This document shows positions 15,583-24,408 of a DNA stretch of 25,742 nucleotides, piece after piece (positions within the stretch are counted from its first letter, which is position 1; each line of letters opens with the position of its first letter). The stretch is from Nitrospinota bacterium (GTDB taxonomy: Bacteria; Nitrospinota; Nitrospinia; Nitrospinales; VA-1): NCBI GenBank assembly GCA_038108555.1, contig JAYNIA010000037.1, positions 1 to 25,742 of the forward strand, written 5' to 3'. Position numbers and translations under genes: made by a program. The notes under the pieces are model-generated. The model made no database searches. It saw nothing but the letters and a program-made list of their open reading frames with translations, and was not told the DNA's origin.

Positions 15583-18447
15583 ATGACACTGGAAGCATTA
15601 AATAAAGAAAGCATACCTTCCACTAATGGCAACAAGGCAAAGTCCATGCTGGCAAGGATCCAGTCCACAAAGGACCTAGCAAGCTCGGTACCCATTCTGG
15701 TTAAAGAGCTCAAGGAACTATGGGATTGTGAAGCAATCACCTTATTTGCATTGGATAGGGACAACCGGCAACTTTTTTCAAGAAACAAAATCATTGATTC
15801 TCAGCCAGAGGTTCGGGTAGACATATCTACCAGCAGCCTTGCGGGTTATGTTGCCGCAGTGGGTAAAGCGGTAAACATAAAAGATTCTTATTCCAAGGAG
15901 GAACTTTCTCAGTTTCATCCCAAACTATCCCAGGGCTCAACCTTAGACAGCATTTTAAGCATCCGTGCCCGCTCTTTAATGGTAGTTCCAATTCCTTACA
16001 ACAAAAAACTTGTGGGAGTGATGGAAGTTATCCATAAAAAGAATGGAGATTCATTTTCAGAGCAGGAATTTAAATTGGCCCGGGAGCTTTCTCCTGCCAT
16101 TGGTCAAATTCTTTTCCAATTGGAAGAACAGTACGGATTGGACCCTATCCCCCAGGAACCTCCCGTTACCCCGGAAGAAAGGTTGCATAAAATTTCTCAA
16201 GCAATCCATTCCGCCAAAAACATTGATGAGATCCTTATAGAACTGAAAGACTCGATATTAAAGCTCTTTGAATCACAAGCAATCACTATCTACGCAGTGG
16301 ATTCTCACAACAATGAAATTTTTTCGAAAGTGAAATCTGGTGACCATATAAATGAAATTCGTCTTCCAATTTCTCCTGTGAGTATCGCAGGCTGGATCGC
16401 CATGGAACAAAAAAGTGTGAATATTGAAGATGTATATAATGAAGACGAACTCAAAGGGTTCCATTCAGATTTACGGTTCGATAGTTCCTTGGATAAAAAA
16501 TCCGGAAACCTCACCAAGTCCATTTTGGGTTACCCCATGCTCCATTCCGGAAAACTTATGGGGGTGGTCCAACTTGTAAATAAATTGAATGGAGAAAGGT
16601 TTACGGAACAGGATGAAAAAGCCGCTTCTATAATTGCCGAAACCCTTGCTCTGGCATTTCAAAATCAGGCCAAATTTATAGAACCCAAACCCACAAAGTT
16701 CAGCTATCTGACCCAAAACGGAATTATAACTGAGGAAGAGTTGACCCAGGCCACTGCAAAGGCCCGCAAGAACCAACTGGATTTGGAAGCTATTTTAATG
16801 AAAGAACTAAAAATCCAAAGAAAAGAATTGGGAAAGTCTCTGGAAAGTTTTTACCAACTGCCCTACTTTGGATACAGCGACACAGTAATCCTTCCCGCAG
16901 AAAACCTGACGGGATTGAATCGCAATTTTTTAACTAAGAACTTTTGGATTCCAATTCAAAAAGAGAATAATAAAATTACCATTCTGATTAATGATCCTCT
17001 AAACCCTGATAAAAATCAAAATATCCGACAAATCTTTCCCAAATTCGAAGTGGAATATAAGATTGGCCTTAAAGTCGATATCCTTGATTTTTTAAATTCT
17101 TCCTTAGGGGTTGAAGCTCAATTGGGAACCGATGATGAGGAAACCCTGACAGAAGAAATGTCCAGTCTATTGAATGCGTTGAAAGATGAACAGGGAGACG
17201 CTGATTTTGAATCTGAAGATGATGATGGTGCAAATGCAATCAGCGAAACAGACAGCACCATAGTCAGGCTGGTAAATAAAATCTTAATTGACGCCTACGA
17301 CAGGGGTGTTTCAGATATTCATATAGAACCTGGGATAGCAAAAGAAAACGTAATGGTCCGTTACCGCAAAGATGGAGCCTGCACCGTTTATGAAGAAATA
17401 CCTTCCATTTACAAGCAAGCTCTGATTTCCAGGATAAAAATCATGTCCAAGCTGGATATTGCAGAAAGGCGGATGCCGCAAGATGGAAAAATAAAAATGA
17501 AATACGGTCGCAAAGAAATAGAATATCGAGTTGCGACCTGCCCAACTGTAGGCGGAAATGAAGATGCGGTTCTTCGGATTCTGGCCGCCAGCAAACCCAT
17601 TCCTCTTGATAAAATGAATTTCAGTGACCGCAATCTGGAGTTAATTCAAAATTCTGCAGCAAAACCCTATGGCCTTATTTTGGTCGTAGGACCTACAGGT
17701 TCCGGTAAAACCACGACACTGCATTCTACCCTTGGTTATATCAACAAACCCGAACGAAAAATCTGGACGGCAGAAGATCCTGTAGAAATCACCCAAAAAG
17801 GTTTGAGGCAAGTTCAAATGTTAAATAAAATTGGCCTGAACTTTGCCAGAGCCATGAAATCTTTCCTGCGTGGCGACCCCGATGTCATAATGGTGGGGGA
17901 GATGCGCGATGCGGAAACCTGTTCCATCGGTCTGGAAGCTTCTCTTACCGGGCATCTTGTATTCAGCACACTTCATACCAACTCGGCTCCTGAAACTATA
18001 ACCCGGTTGATCGATATGGGGATGAACCCCCTCAATTTTGCGGATGCCCTGCTCCTCATTGTCGCCCAAAGGCTGGTTCGCACTTTATGCAAGAATTGTA
18101 AAGAGGATTACCATCCCACCCAGGAAGAGTTCGACGCTCTTGTGAAAGAATATGGGGAAAAGGATTTCAAAAAACTGGGAATTGAATATACCGATGAATT
18201 AATGCTTAAAAAACCCGTGGGTTGTGATTCCTGCAACAATACAGGTTACGCCGGGCGTACAGGTATTCATGAATGCCTGGAAGGGACCGAAGAAGTAAAA
18301 CGAATGATTATGAAAAAAAGCCTGGTGGAAGAACTTCGCGAGCAGGCTCTAAAAGATGGCATGACCACTTTGAAACAGGATGGGATCTGGAAAGTATTCA
18401 AAGGGGATACGGACTTAAAACAGGTTCTGGCAGTTTGTATTGTTTAA
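15583..18447 (+). CDS. GspE/PilB-family ATPase with two N-terminal GAF domains (paralog 2)
   Basis: Same motif set (GPTGSGKTT, AEDPVE, VGEMRD, STLHTN, CKNC...CDSC); second GAF has NKLNGERFTEQDE; 28 nt after paralog 1; both end DLKQVLAVCIV. Confidence 0.92.
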   Translation: MTLEALNKESIPSTNGNKAKSMLARIQSTKDLASSVPILVKELKELWDCEAITLFALDRDNRQLFSRNKIIDSQPEVRVDISTSSLAGYVAAVGKAVNIKDSYSKEELSQFHPKLSQGSTLDSILSIRARSLMVVPIPYNKKLVGVMEVIHKKNGDSFSEQEFKLARELSPAIGQILFQLEEQYGLDPIPQEPPVTPEERLHKISQAIHSAKNIDEILIELKDSILKLFESQAITIYAVDSHNNEIFSKVKSGDHINEIRLPISPVSIAGWIAMEQKSVNIEDVYNEDELKGFHSDLRFDSSLDKKSGNLTKSILGYPMLHSGKLMGVVQLVNKLNGERFTEQDEKAASIIAETLALAFQNQAKFIEPKPTKFSYLTQNGIITEEELTQATAKARKNQLDLEAILMKELKIQRKELGKSLESFYQLPYFGYSDTVILPAENLTGLNRNFLTKNFWIPIQKENNKITILINDPLNPDKNQNIRQIFPKFEVEYKIGLKVDILDFLNSSLGVEAQLGTDDEETLTEEMSSLLNALKDEQGDADFESEDDDGANAISETDSTIVRLVNKILIDAYDRGVSDIHIEPGIAKENVMVRYRKDGACTVYEEIPSIYKQALISRIKIMSKLDIAERRMPQDGKIKMKYGRKEIEYRVATCPTVGGNEDAVLRILAASKPIPLDKMNFSDRNLELIQNSAAKPYGLILVVGPTGSGKTTTLHSTLGYINKPERKIWTAEDPVEITQKGLRQVQMLNKIGLNFARAMKSFLRGDPDVIMVGEMRDAETCSIGLEASLTGHLVFSTLHTNSAPETITRLIDMGMNPLNFADALLLIVAQRLVRTLCKNCKEDYHPTQEEFDALVKEYGEKDFKKLGIEYTDELMLKKPVGCDSCNNTGYAGRTGIHECLEGTEEVKRMIMKKSLVEELREQALKDGMTTLKQDGIWKVFKGDTDLKQVLAVCIV

Positions 18448-18448
18448 A

Positions 18449-19780
18449 TCAGGCAGCAGAACCTATCGAATCTTTTATTTCTTCCCGCCACATTTTTAAT
18501 TTTTCCATAGCGTTTAACGCTATCTTTTGATTCCGTTTCTTCTTGTCCCTGATCTTCATTTCCTGAACCCAAAACAAGCCAAAGTTTATATTCATCGGCT
18601 GAAAGTTTTTTCCGCTGGAAGTGGTCAAATAATTAATCAATGCCCCAAGAGCGGTATCTCTGGGAGGGGGAATGTAGTCCTTCTTTAAAATTTTTGAAAC
18701 CGCACTCAAACTTGCCAACAAACCCATACTTGCAGATTCCACATAACCTTCGACCCCTGTAATTTGACCGGCGAAATAGATCCCAGGATGGGATTTCAGC
18801 TCCAATTCATTATTTAATAAATCAGGTGAGTTGACAAAAGTATTTCTATGAATTGCGCCAAAGCGAAAAAACTCTACGTTCTCCAGGCCGGGAATCATGC
18901 GCACAATTCTTTTTTGTTCGGGATAAGTTAGTTTTGTCTGAAAACCGACCAGATTATAGGCAGAGCTTTCTTTATTTTCCTTTCGCAGTTGTACCACAGC
19001 AAACGCATTTTTTCCGGTGTGGGGATTGGTCAATCCAACAGGCTTCATTGGGCCAAAAGCAAGAGTTTTAGGTCCCCTCTCTGCGAGCACTTCTATTGGC
19101 ATGCAACCTTCAAAGTAAACAGGTTTTTCAAAAGAGGCCATTGGAACTTTTTCGGCATTATTTATTTCCCGGACAAAATCATAATACTGCTGCTCATCCA
19201 TGGGACAATTCAAATAATCAGCATCTCCTTTCCCATACCGCGACGCAAAAAAAGCCGTCTCATAATCGATTGTATTTGCATCAACAATTGGAGACAGCGC
19301 ATCATAAAAATAAAGGTATTCGCTTCCGATCAGTTGGGAAATTTCTTGAGAAAGCTTTGGAGAGGTCAGAGGCCCTGTCGCAATTATTACGGGACCTTCC
19401 TTAGGTATTTCAGCAACTTCTTCCCGCTTCAGAGTAATGAGCGGATGCGAAGAAATCTTTTCTGTGATTTCCTGGGAAAACAAGTGTCTATCTACAGCAA
19501 GGGCAGAACCTGCAGGAACTTTATTCCCGTCTCCTGATGAGATAACGATTGAATTAAAACTCCGCAACTCTTCTTTAAGAATATAAGGTGCAGAATGAGG
19601 AAGGTTGTTACCTAAAGAATTGCTGCAAACCAATTCGGCGCAATGGTCCGTTTTGTGAGCAGCTGTTTTACTGACGGACCGCATTTCGTACAATACAACA
19701 GGAATGCCTCTTTCGGCAGCTTGCCAGGCAGCCTCTGATCCCGCCAACCCGGCACCGATTATAGTTAAAAAGTCATTCAC
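18449..19780 (-). CDS. trmFO: Folate/FAD-dependent tRNA m5U54 methyltransferase TrmFO (Gid)
   Basis: GAGLAGSEAA, ELVCSNS, IATGPLTS, FEGCMPIE, GFQTKL, HRNTF, AGQITGVEGYVES. GTG start. Confidence 0.96.
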   Translation of the reverse strand: MNDFLTIIGAGLAGSEAAWQAAERGIPVVLYEMRSVSKTAAHKTDHCAELVCSNSLGNNLPHSAPYILKEELRSFNSIVISSGDGNKVPAGSALAVDRHLFSQEITEKISSHPLITLKREEVAEIPKEGPVIIATGPLTSPKLSQEISQLIGSEYLYFYDALSPIVDANTIDYETAFFASRYGKGDADYLNCPMDEQQYYDFVREINNAEKVPMASFEKPVYFEGCMPIEVLAERGPKTLAFGPMKPVGLTNPHTGKNAFAVVQLRKENKESSAYNLVGFQTKLTYPEQKRIVRMIPGLENVEFFRFGAIHRNTFVNSPDLLNNELELKSHPGIYFAGQITGVEGYVESASMGLLASLSAVSKILKKDYIPPPRDTALGALINYLTTSSGKNFQPMNINFGLFWVQEMKIRDKKKRNQKIALNAMEKLKMWREEIKDSIGSAA

Positions 19781-19789
19781 GAAATATAT

Positions 19790-22048
19790 TCAGGCCGCTG
19801 CATTTGTTTTTTTGAAACCGCACTCGGGACAAACAATTTGGGGATCTTCATTCTTTTTCCACTTTTCTACCATATAGGGGTGCTTGCATTCCGGACACGC
19901 CTCCCCTCTTGGTTTATCCCATGAAGTGAATTTGCAGCCCGGGTATTTTGTGCAACCATAAAATGTCCGGCCTTTTTTGGTTCGGCGAGGTGCGATTTCG
20001 CCTTTGCAGTCTTCTTCTGGGCAATCAATTCCAAGGCCGATGGGTTTGGTAAATTTACAATCGGGATAGGTGGAGCAGGCAATAAATTTACCAAATCTTC
20101 CCCTTTTTATAATGAGAGGGGCCTCACATAAATCACAATTACCTTCAACCTCATCCGGGGTTTCCGGTTCGCCCTCGCTACCCGGCTTTTTTATATCCTT
20201 AGCATTTTTACATTCGGGATATCCGGAACAGGCCATAAACTTTCCAAATCGACCCCACTTGATTATCATATCCTTTCCACATTTTTCACAGACCTCATCA
20301 GTTTCTTCAACTTCCGCCTTGAAGTCCTTCATCTTTTTTTCAGCTTCTTCGAGGTCTTTTTGGAAGGGGGTATAGAATGAACGAAGCACTTTTTTCCATT
20401 CCGTTTTTCCGTCTTCTACTTCATCCAATTGTTCTTCCATTTTCGCGGTGAACTGGGTCGTCATTATATCCGGGAAGTTTTCCACCAACAGATCGTTAAT
20501 CATAAAACCTAATTCGACAGGTTTTAACCTTCTATCTTCATTTTGGATATAATCGCGGTCTTTTATCACACTTATGATAGATGCATATGTACTTGGCCTA
20601 CCCACTCCTTTATCCTCCAGTTCTTTTACAAGCATAGCTTCGGTAAAACGTGCAGGAGGTTGTGTAAAATGCTGCTCAGGCAAAGTTTCAAGAAGTTTTA
20701 ACTCTTCTCCCTTTTTTAAGGGAGGTAAAATTCGGTCGCCGTCTTTGGTTTCAGGCTTCTCTGTGTTATCGTCGTCCTGACTTTCCACATAGACCTTCAT
20801 AAAACCAGCAAACTTTAAAATCGAACCGTTACTGCGAAAAAGATAATTTCCTGACTTAATGTCAAATTGTGTTGTATCTAAAATAGCTGGAACCATCTGA
20901 CAAGACACGAAACGCGACCAGATCAATTGATAGAGACGAAATAAATCTTTTTCGAGATGGTCTTTTAATGAATTGGGATCCAAATTCACATCGGTGGGAC
21001 GAATTGCTTCATGCGCTTCCTGTGCAGATTTTTTACTTTTATAAAAATTGGGTTTTGCCGGCAAAAATTCCTTGCCATACCGTTCCGGAATATAATTTCT
21101 AACTTCCTCGAGCGCTTGATCTGACAATCGGACCGAATCGGTTCGCATATAAGTAATCAAACCTACGGTTCCCTTTTTTTCCAACTTAATGCCTTCATAA
21201 AGCTTTTGCGCCAGCATCATCGTTTTCTTAGGAGAAAAATTCAGTTTTCGCGATGCTTCCTGCTGAAGGGAACTTGTTATAAAAGGTGCGCTCGGATTTC
21301 TCTTTCTTTCCTTTTTAGTAATTGCCTCCAGAACCAGGGGGGTTCCCTCAAGCTCTTTCAGGATTTTATCAGCTTCTTCCTTGTTAGCAATCTCGGCCTT
21401 ATCTTCACCAATTTTAAACAGCTTGGCCTGGAACTTGGGTTCAGCACTCCCTTCGAGCTCCAGGGTAATGGACCAGTACTCTTTGGATTCAAAAGCCTGA
21501 ATTTCCCTTTCTCTTTCACAAACCATCCGTAATGCTACTGATTGCACCCGTCCGGCACTCAACCCACGGTGCACCTTCTTCCATAGAATGGGGCTGATCT
21601 TATATCCCACCAAACGATCCAGAATACGTCGGGCTTGTTGGGCGTTTACCCGGTCCGGATTTAATTCTGTCGGGTTTTCCAATGCCTCTTTAACCGCCTT
21701 CTTGGTAATTTCATTAAACATGACCCGATAAATTTTTCCCTTAGTGAACCTTGCAACCTCGTTTCCAATATGGTGGGCAATCGCTTCGCCCTCGCGATCC
21801 GGGTCAGGGGCCAGATAAATCGATTCGACTTTTTTCGCAGCCGTTTTTAACTCCTGGAGAATTTTTCCTTTCCCCCTAATAGTTATGTACTCCGGCTCGA
21901 AATCATTTTCGATATCCACACCCAGCTTTTTCTTTGGGAGATCCTTAAGGTGACCTACCGAGGCTTTAATAATAAAATCTTTGCCCACTATTTTCTTAAG
22001 CGTATTTACTTTGGTAGGTGACTCAACGATCAATAACGATTTACCCAT
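19790..22048 (-). CDS. topA: DNA topoisomerase I (type IA)
   Basis: IVESPTK, DPDREGEAIA, SAGRVQS, catalytic LITYMRTDS, QEAHEAIRPT, GVGRPSTYA, C-terminal Cys4 zinc ribbons. Confidence 0.97.
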   Translation of the reverse strand: MGKSLLIVESPTKVNTLKKIVGKDFIIKASVGHLKDLPKKKLGVDIENDFEPEYITIRGKGKILQELKTAAKKVESIYLAPDPDREGEAIAHHIGNEVARFTKGKIYRVMFNEITKKAVKEALENPTELNPDRVNAQQARRILDRLVGYKISPILWKKVHRGLSAGRVQSVALRMVCEREREIQAFESKEYWSITLELEGSAEPKFQAKLFKIGEDKAEIANKEEADKILKELEGTPLVLEAITKKERKRNPSAPFITSSLQQEASRKLNFSPKKTMMLAQKLYEGIKLEKKGTVGLITYMRTDSVRLSDQALEEVRNYIPERYGKEFLPAKPNFYKSKKSAQEAHEAIRPTDVNLDPNSLKDHLEKDLFRLYQLIWSRFVSCQMVPAILDTTQFDIKSGNYLFRSNGSILKFAGFMKVYVESQDDDNTEKPETKDGDRILPPLKKGEELKLLETLPEQHFTQPPARFTEAMLVKELEDKGVGRPSTYASIISVIKDRDYIQNEDRRLKPVELGFMINDLLVENFPDIMTTQFTAKMEEQLDEVEDGKTEWKKVLRSFYTPFQKDLEEAEKKMKDFKAEVEETDEVCEKCGKDMIIKWGRFGKFMACSGYPECKNAKDIKKPGSEGEPETPDEVEGNCDLCEAPLIIKRGRFGKFIACSTYPDCKFTKPIGLGIDCPEEDCKGEIAPRRTKKGRTFYGCTKYPGCKFTSWDKPRGEACPECKHPYMVEKWKKNEDPQIVCPECGFKKTNAAA

Positions 22049-22058
22049 ATTTCCTCAC

Positions 22059-23162
22059 TCAATTAATTTTCGCGTCACAATTTGAAACATAGATTTTGCC
22101 ACTAAGCTGCCGAACTAAACCTCTTAATTCGAGTTGCAATAGTGTAGCCGAAACTTGCCCCGGAGACAAATCGCTGTTTTCTATCAAATTATCAATATGG
22201 CTTCCCTCTAAGGATAAAAGTGAAAACACCTGTCTCTCAACATCATTATCCAGCTTTATTTCCAGTTGATCCATTTTATTCTGAAAAGCGGGAAGGAACT
22301 CCTCAATCACGGAATCAGGACTATCCACCAACTTTGCTCCCGATTTAATCAAATCATTTGTCCCCTTACTTTTGGGTGATGTGATATTTCCGGGAATCGC
22401 AAAAACCTCCCTCCCCTGCTCCAGAGCAAAGTCGGCAGTAATTAATGCTCCACTTTTCTCAGCGGCCTCTACTACCAATGTCCCTAATGATAATCCACTT
22501 AAAACCCTATTTCGAGCCGGGAAGTTATTTCTCTCAGGTCGCATGAGTATTGGAAATTCGGAAATAATCGCACCCTGCTCAACAATTTCGTTTCTCAATT
22601 TTCTGTTTTCAGGAGGGTAAGTATGCCCCAAACCACACCCAAAAACCGCTATCGTATCTGCCCCGGCTTCCAATGCTGCCCTGTGAGCCATTGTATCGAT
22701 TCCTCGTGCCAGGCCACTCACTAGACTAAAACCAGCAGAGGCCAATTTCGAACATATTCGCTGGGCAACAATCTTGCCATACTCCGAAGGAGTTCGGGTC
22801 CCAACTACTGCCAGGGGAAAAGAAAACGAGTTTAATGGCCTCCCCTTCACATATAGAACCGGTGGGGGATCGTAAATGGATTTCAGTAATTCGGGATACT
22901 CCTCATCTGCAAGAGTTAGAATGCGAATGCCATCCTTTTCTGAAAGCCCTATCTCACGTTCTGTTGCCCGATCAATATCAAATCCACGAATGGCCGCAGC
23001 AACTTTATCTCCAACTCCTGGAACCTGCCGCAAATCAGATACACTCGCTGCAAAAACATTTTCCGGAGAGCCAAATACTTTGACCAGTCGGTGAAAAATC
23101 GTCCTCCCAACACCCACCACCATATTCAGGGCAAGCCAATATTTGATCGTCCCTCCATTCAT
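22059..23162 (-). CDS. dprA: DNA processing protein DprA (Smf)
   Basis: IYDPPPVLY, AVVGTR, VSGLARGID, FPARNRVLSGLS, EAAEKSGALITA, EQGREVFAIPG, C-terminal LLQLELRG winged helix. Confidence 0.96.
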   Translation of the reverse strand: MNGGTIKYWLALNMVVGVGRTIFHRLVKVFGSPENVFAASVSDLRQVPGVGDKVAAAIRGFDIDRATEREIGLSEKDGIRILTLADEEYPELLKSIYDPPPVLYVKGRPLNSFSFPLAVVGTRTPSEYGKIVAQRICSKLASAGFSLVSGLARGIDTMAHRAALEAGADTIAVFGCGLGHTYPPENRKLRNEIVEQGAIISEFPILMRPERNNFPARNRVLSGLSLGTLVVEAAEKSGALITADFALEQGREVFAIPGNITSPKSKGTNDLIKSGAKLVDSPDSVIEEFLPAFQNKMDQLEIKLDNDVERQVFSLLSLEGSHIDNLIENSDLSPGQVSATLLQLELRGLVRQLSGKIYVSNCDAKIN

Positions 23163-23950
23163 ATATTCTTATTCCGATCCAACGTAGCAATTGAAAGATT
23201 ATATTTGTATATGGAACTATAATAGCCACTCAGCACCCGGGTATAAATAATAAGAGCTTGGAACAGATCTCCCGAATCTCCTATGCCAAAATCATAGTTG
23301 GCAACCTCGCTCACCAGCAAAGCACGCGTCATTTTTCGATTTTTTCTAGCCAACTTCATTTTTTTCCTGGCTTCAATAACTTTGAGAAATAACTTCCTCA
23401 ACTCCAATTCCTTTTTATTATCCTGGAAAACCATATTGTGGGCGGACACCCACGTCTGATAATCAACATATTCGAAATCAAGCGGGGAAATGGACGTCTC
23501 TACAAGTTCTGCCTGAGGTGAGTATTTATTCTTCAATCGATCTGACAACGACAAACGAGAAATTTGCAATTCCGTTTCAACTTCATATAAGTCATTCAAG
23601 GTTCCTGCCAAGCCCAGTTTCAACTTGGTGATATCGGATTGACTGACATCTTCTTCACCTTCATCGTATTTTTCTTCCGCTTTTTCTACAGCTTTTTCAA
23701 AATGCCCCTTAACTTCATCTAAAATTTCCAGCTTTTGCTCCTGATATTGAATTTGATAATAAAATTTTTTAATTTCAAACAGCATTTCTTCCCGCGAGGA
23801 GGAGTCTTTTTTTTCAGAAGAAGAAAATTGAGCGGCCTCAAGTAAGTTTTTTAAAGAAGGAATGGGTTCATTTCCACCCGCAATAGAGTTGGAAGCGTTT
23901 AATATGAAAACCAATAGTAATATGCTAAACCAAATTCGAAATCGCTGCAT
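23159..23950 (-). CDS. Exported helical protein resembling a shortened TolC/OEP-family protein
   Basis: Signal peptide; two helical repeats with OEP-like Y-x-x-G...D turns (EKYDEGEEDVSQSDI; NYDFGIGDSGDL) and C-terminal YNLSIATL; 263 aa; ATGA overlap with dprA; GAGG RBS. Confidence 0.6.
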   Translation of the reverse strand: MQRFRIWFSILLLVFILNASNSIAGGNEPIPSLKNLLEAAQFSSSEKKDSSSREEMLFEIKKFYYQIQYQEQKLEILDEVKGHFEKAVEKAEEKYDEGEEDVSQSDITKLKLGLAGTLNDLYEVETELQISRLSLSDRLKNKYSPQAELVETSISPLDFEYVDYQTWVSAHNMVFQDNKKELELRKLFLKVIEARKKMKLARKNRKMTRALLVSEVANYDFGIGDSGDLFQALIIYTRVLSGYYSSIYKYNLSIATLDRNKNI

Positions 23951-23981
23951 AAATTCCTCGTAAGGGTGTTTTTTGATGTAA

Positions 23982-24010
23982 AAGCTATATTAATTCAAAA
24001 AAGACGACAA
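23982..24010 (-). promoter_or_regulatory. Candidate sigma-70 promoter for the TolC-like-dprA-topA-trmFO operon
   Basis: Minus strand TTGTCG-N17-TAGCTT, 31 nt upstream of the ATG at 23950. Confidence 0.35.
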
Positions 24011-24049
24011 GAAAGTAATATTAAAGGAAAGAAACTCGGATGAAGAAGC

Positions 24050-24156
24050 AAAAAAGGGGTACTAAACTTCTAAAAAGAAACCTTGATGGCAACCAAGAAT
24101 GTTCTTTTCTTTATGAAAATACCCGAAATGGGTAAGAAGTTTAGAACCCCTAGAAT
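24050..24156 (-). ncRNA. Candidate ~107-nt structured RNA (three-way junction ending in a U-tract); small RNA or leader
   Basis: 17-bp closing stem 24055-24071/24135-24151 (one mismatch) encloses two hairpins and runs into T6; lies directly after a near-consensus promoter. Confidence 0.55.
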
Positions 24157-24162
24157 GTTAAA

Positions 24163-24191
24163 AATGTATCATACGCAACCCTTCCTGTCAA
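24163..24191 (-). promoter_or_regulatory. Near-consensus sigma-70 promoter with extended -10
   Basis: Minus strand TTGACA-GGAAGGGTTGCGTATGA(17)-TACATT, including a TGn extension. Confidence 0.75.
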
Positions 24192-24408
24192 TTTCATTAT
24201 CAGTCAAAGCCCATTGAATACATTTTTTATTGACAATTATTTCTTTTATTTACATATATTTAAATCACTATCGTCAAATTTTACAACATAACAGCTAAAT
24301 TAAAAATCCTTAATTTACAAGCAGAAAAAAATGGGGTAAAAGATCTATTTTGCCTAATTTTTAGGCAGTTTTCCACCATAAAGAAATATCCTCTTTATAT
24401 TCAATCTT

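Noticed and set aside
12573..18447. Assembly duplication artefact for the two PilB genes
   Set aside because: Extensive synonymous divergence and different N-termini.
8311..23094. Numerous 60-184 aa antisense or off-frame ORFs inside parC, parE, the PilB genes, trmFO, topA and dprA
   Set aside because: Nested in well-supported conserved genes with no motifs; typical shadow ORFs.
24230..24260. + strand TTGACA as a promoter
   Set aside because: No good -10 hexamer at 16-18 nt spacing in very AT-rich DNA, and no + strand gene downstream.
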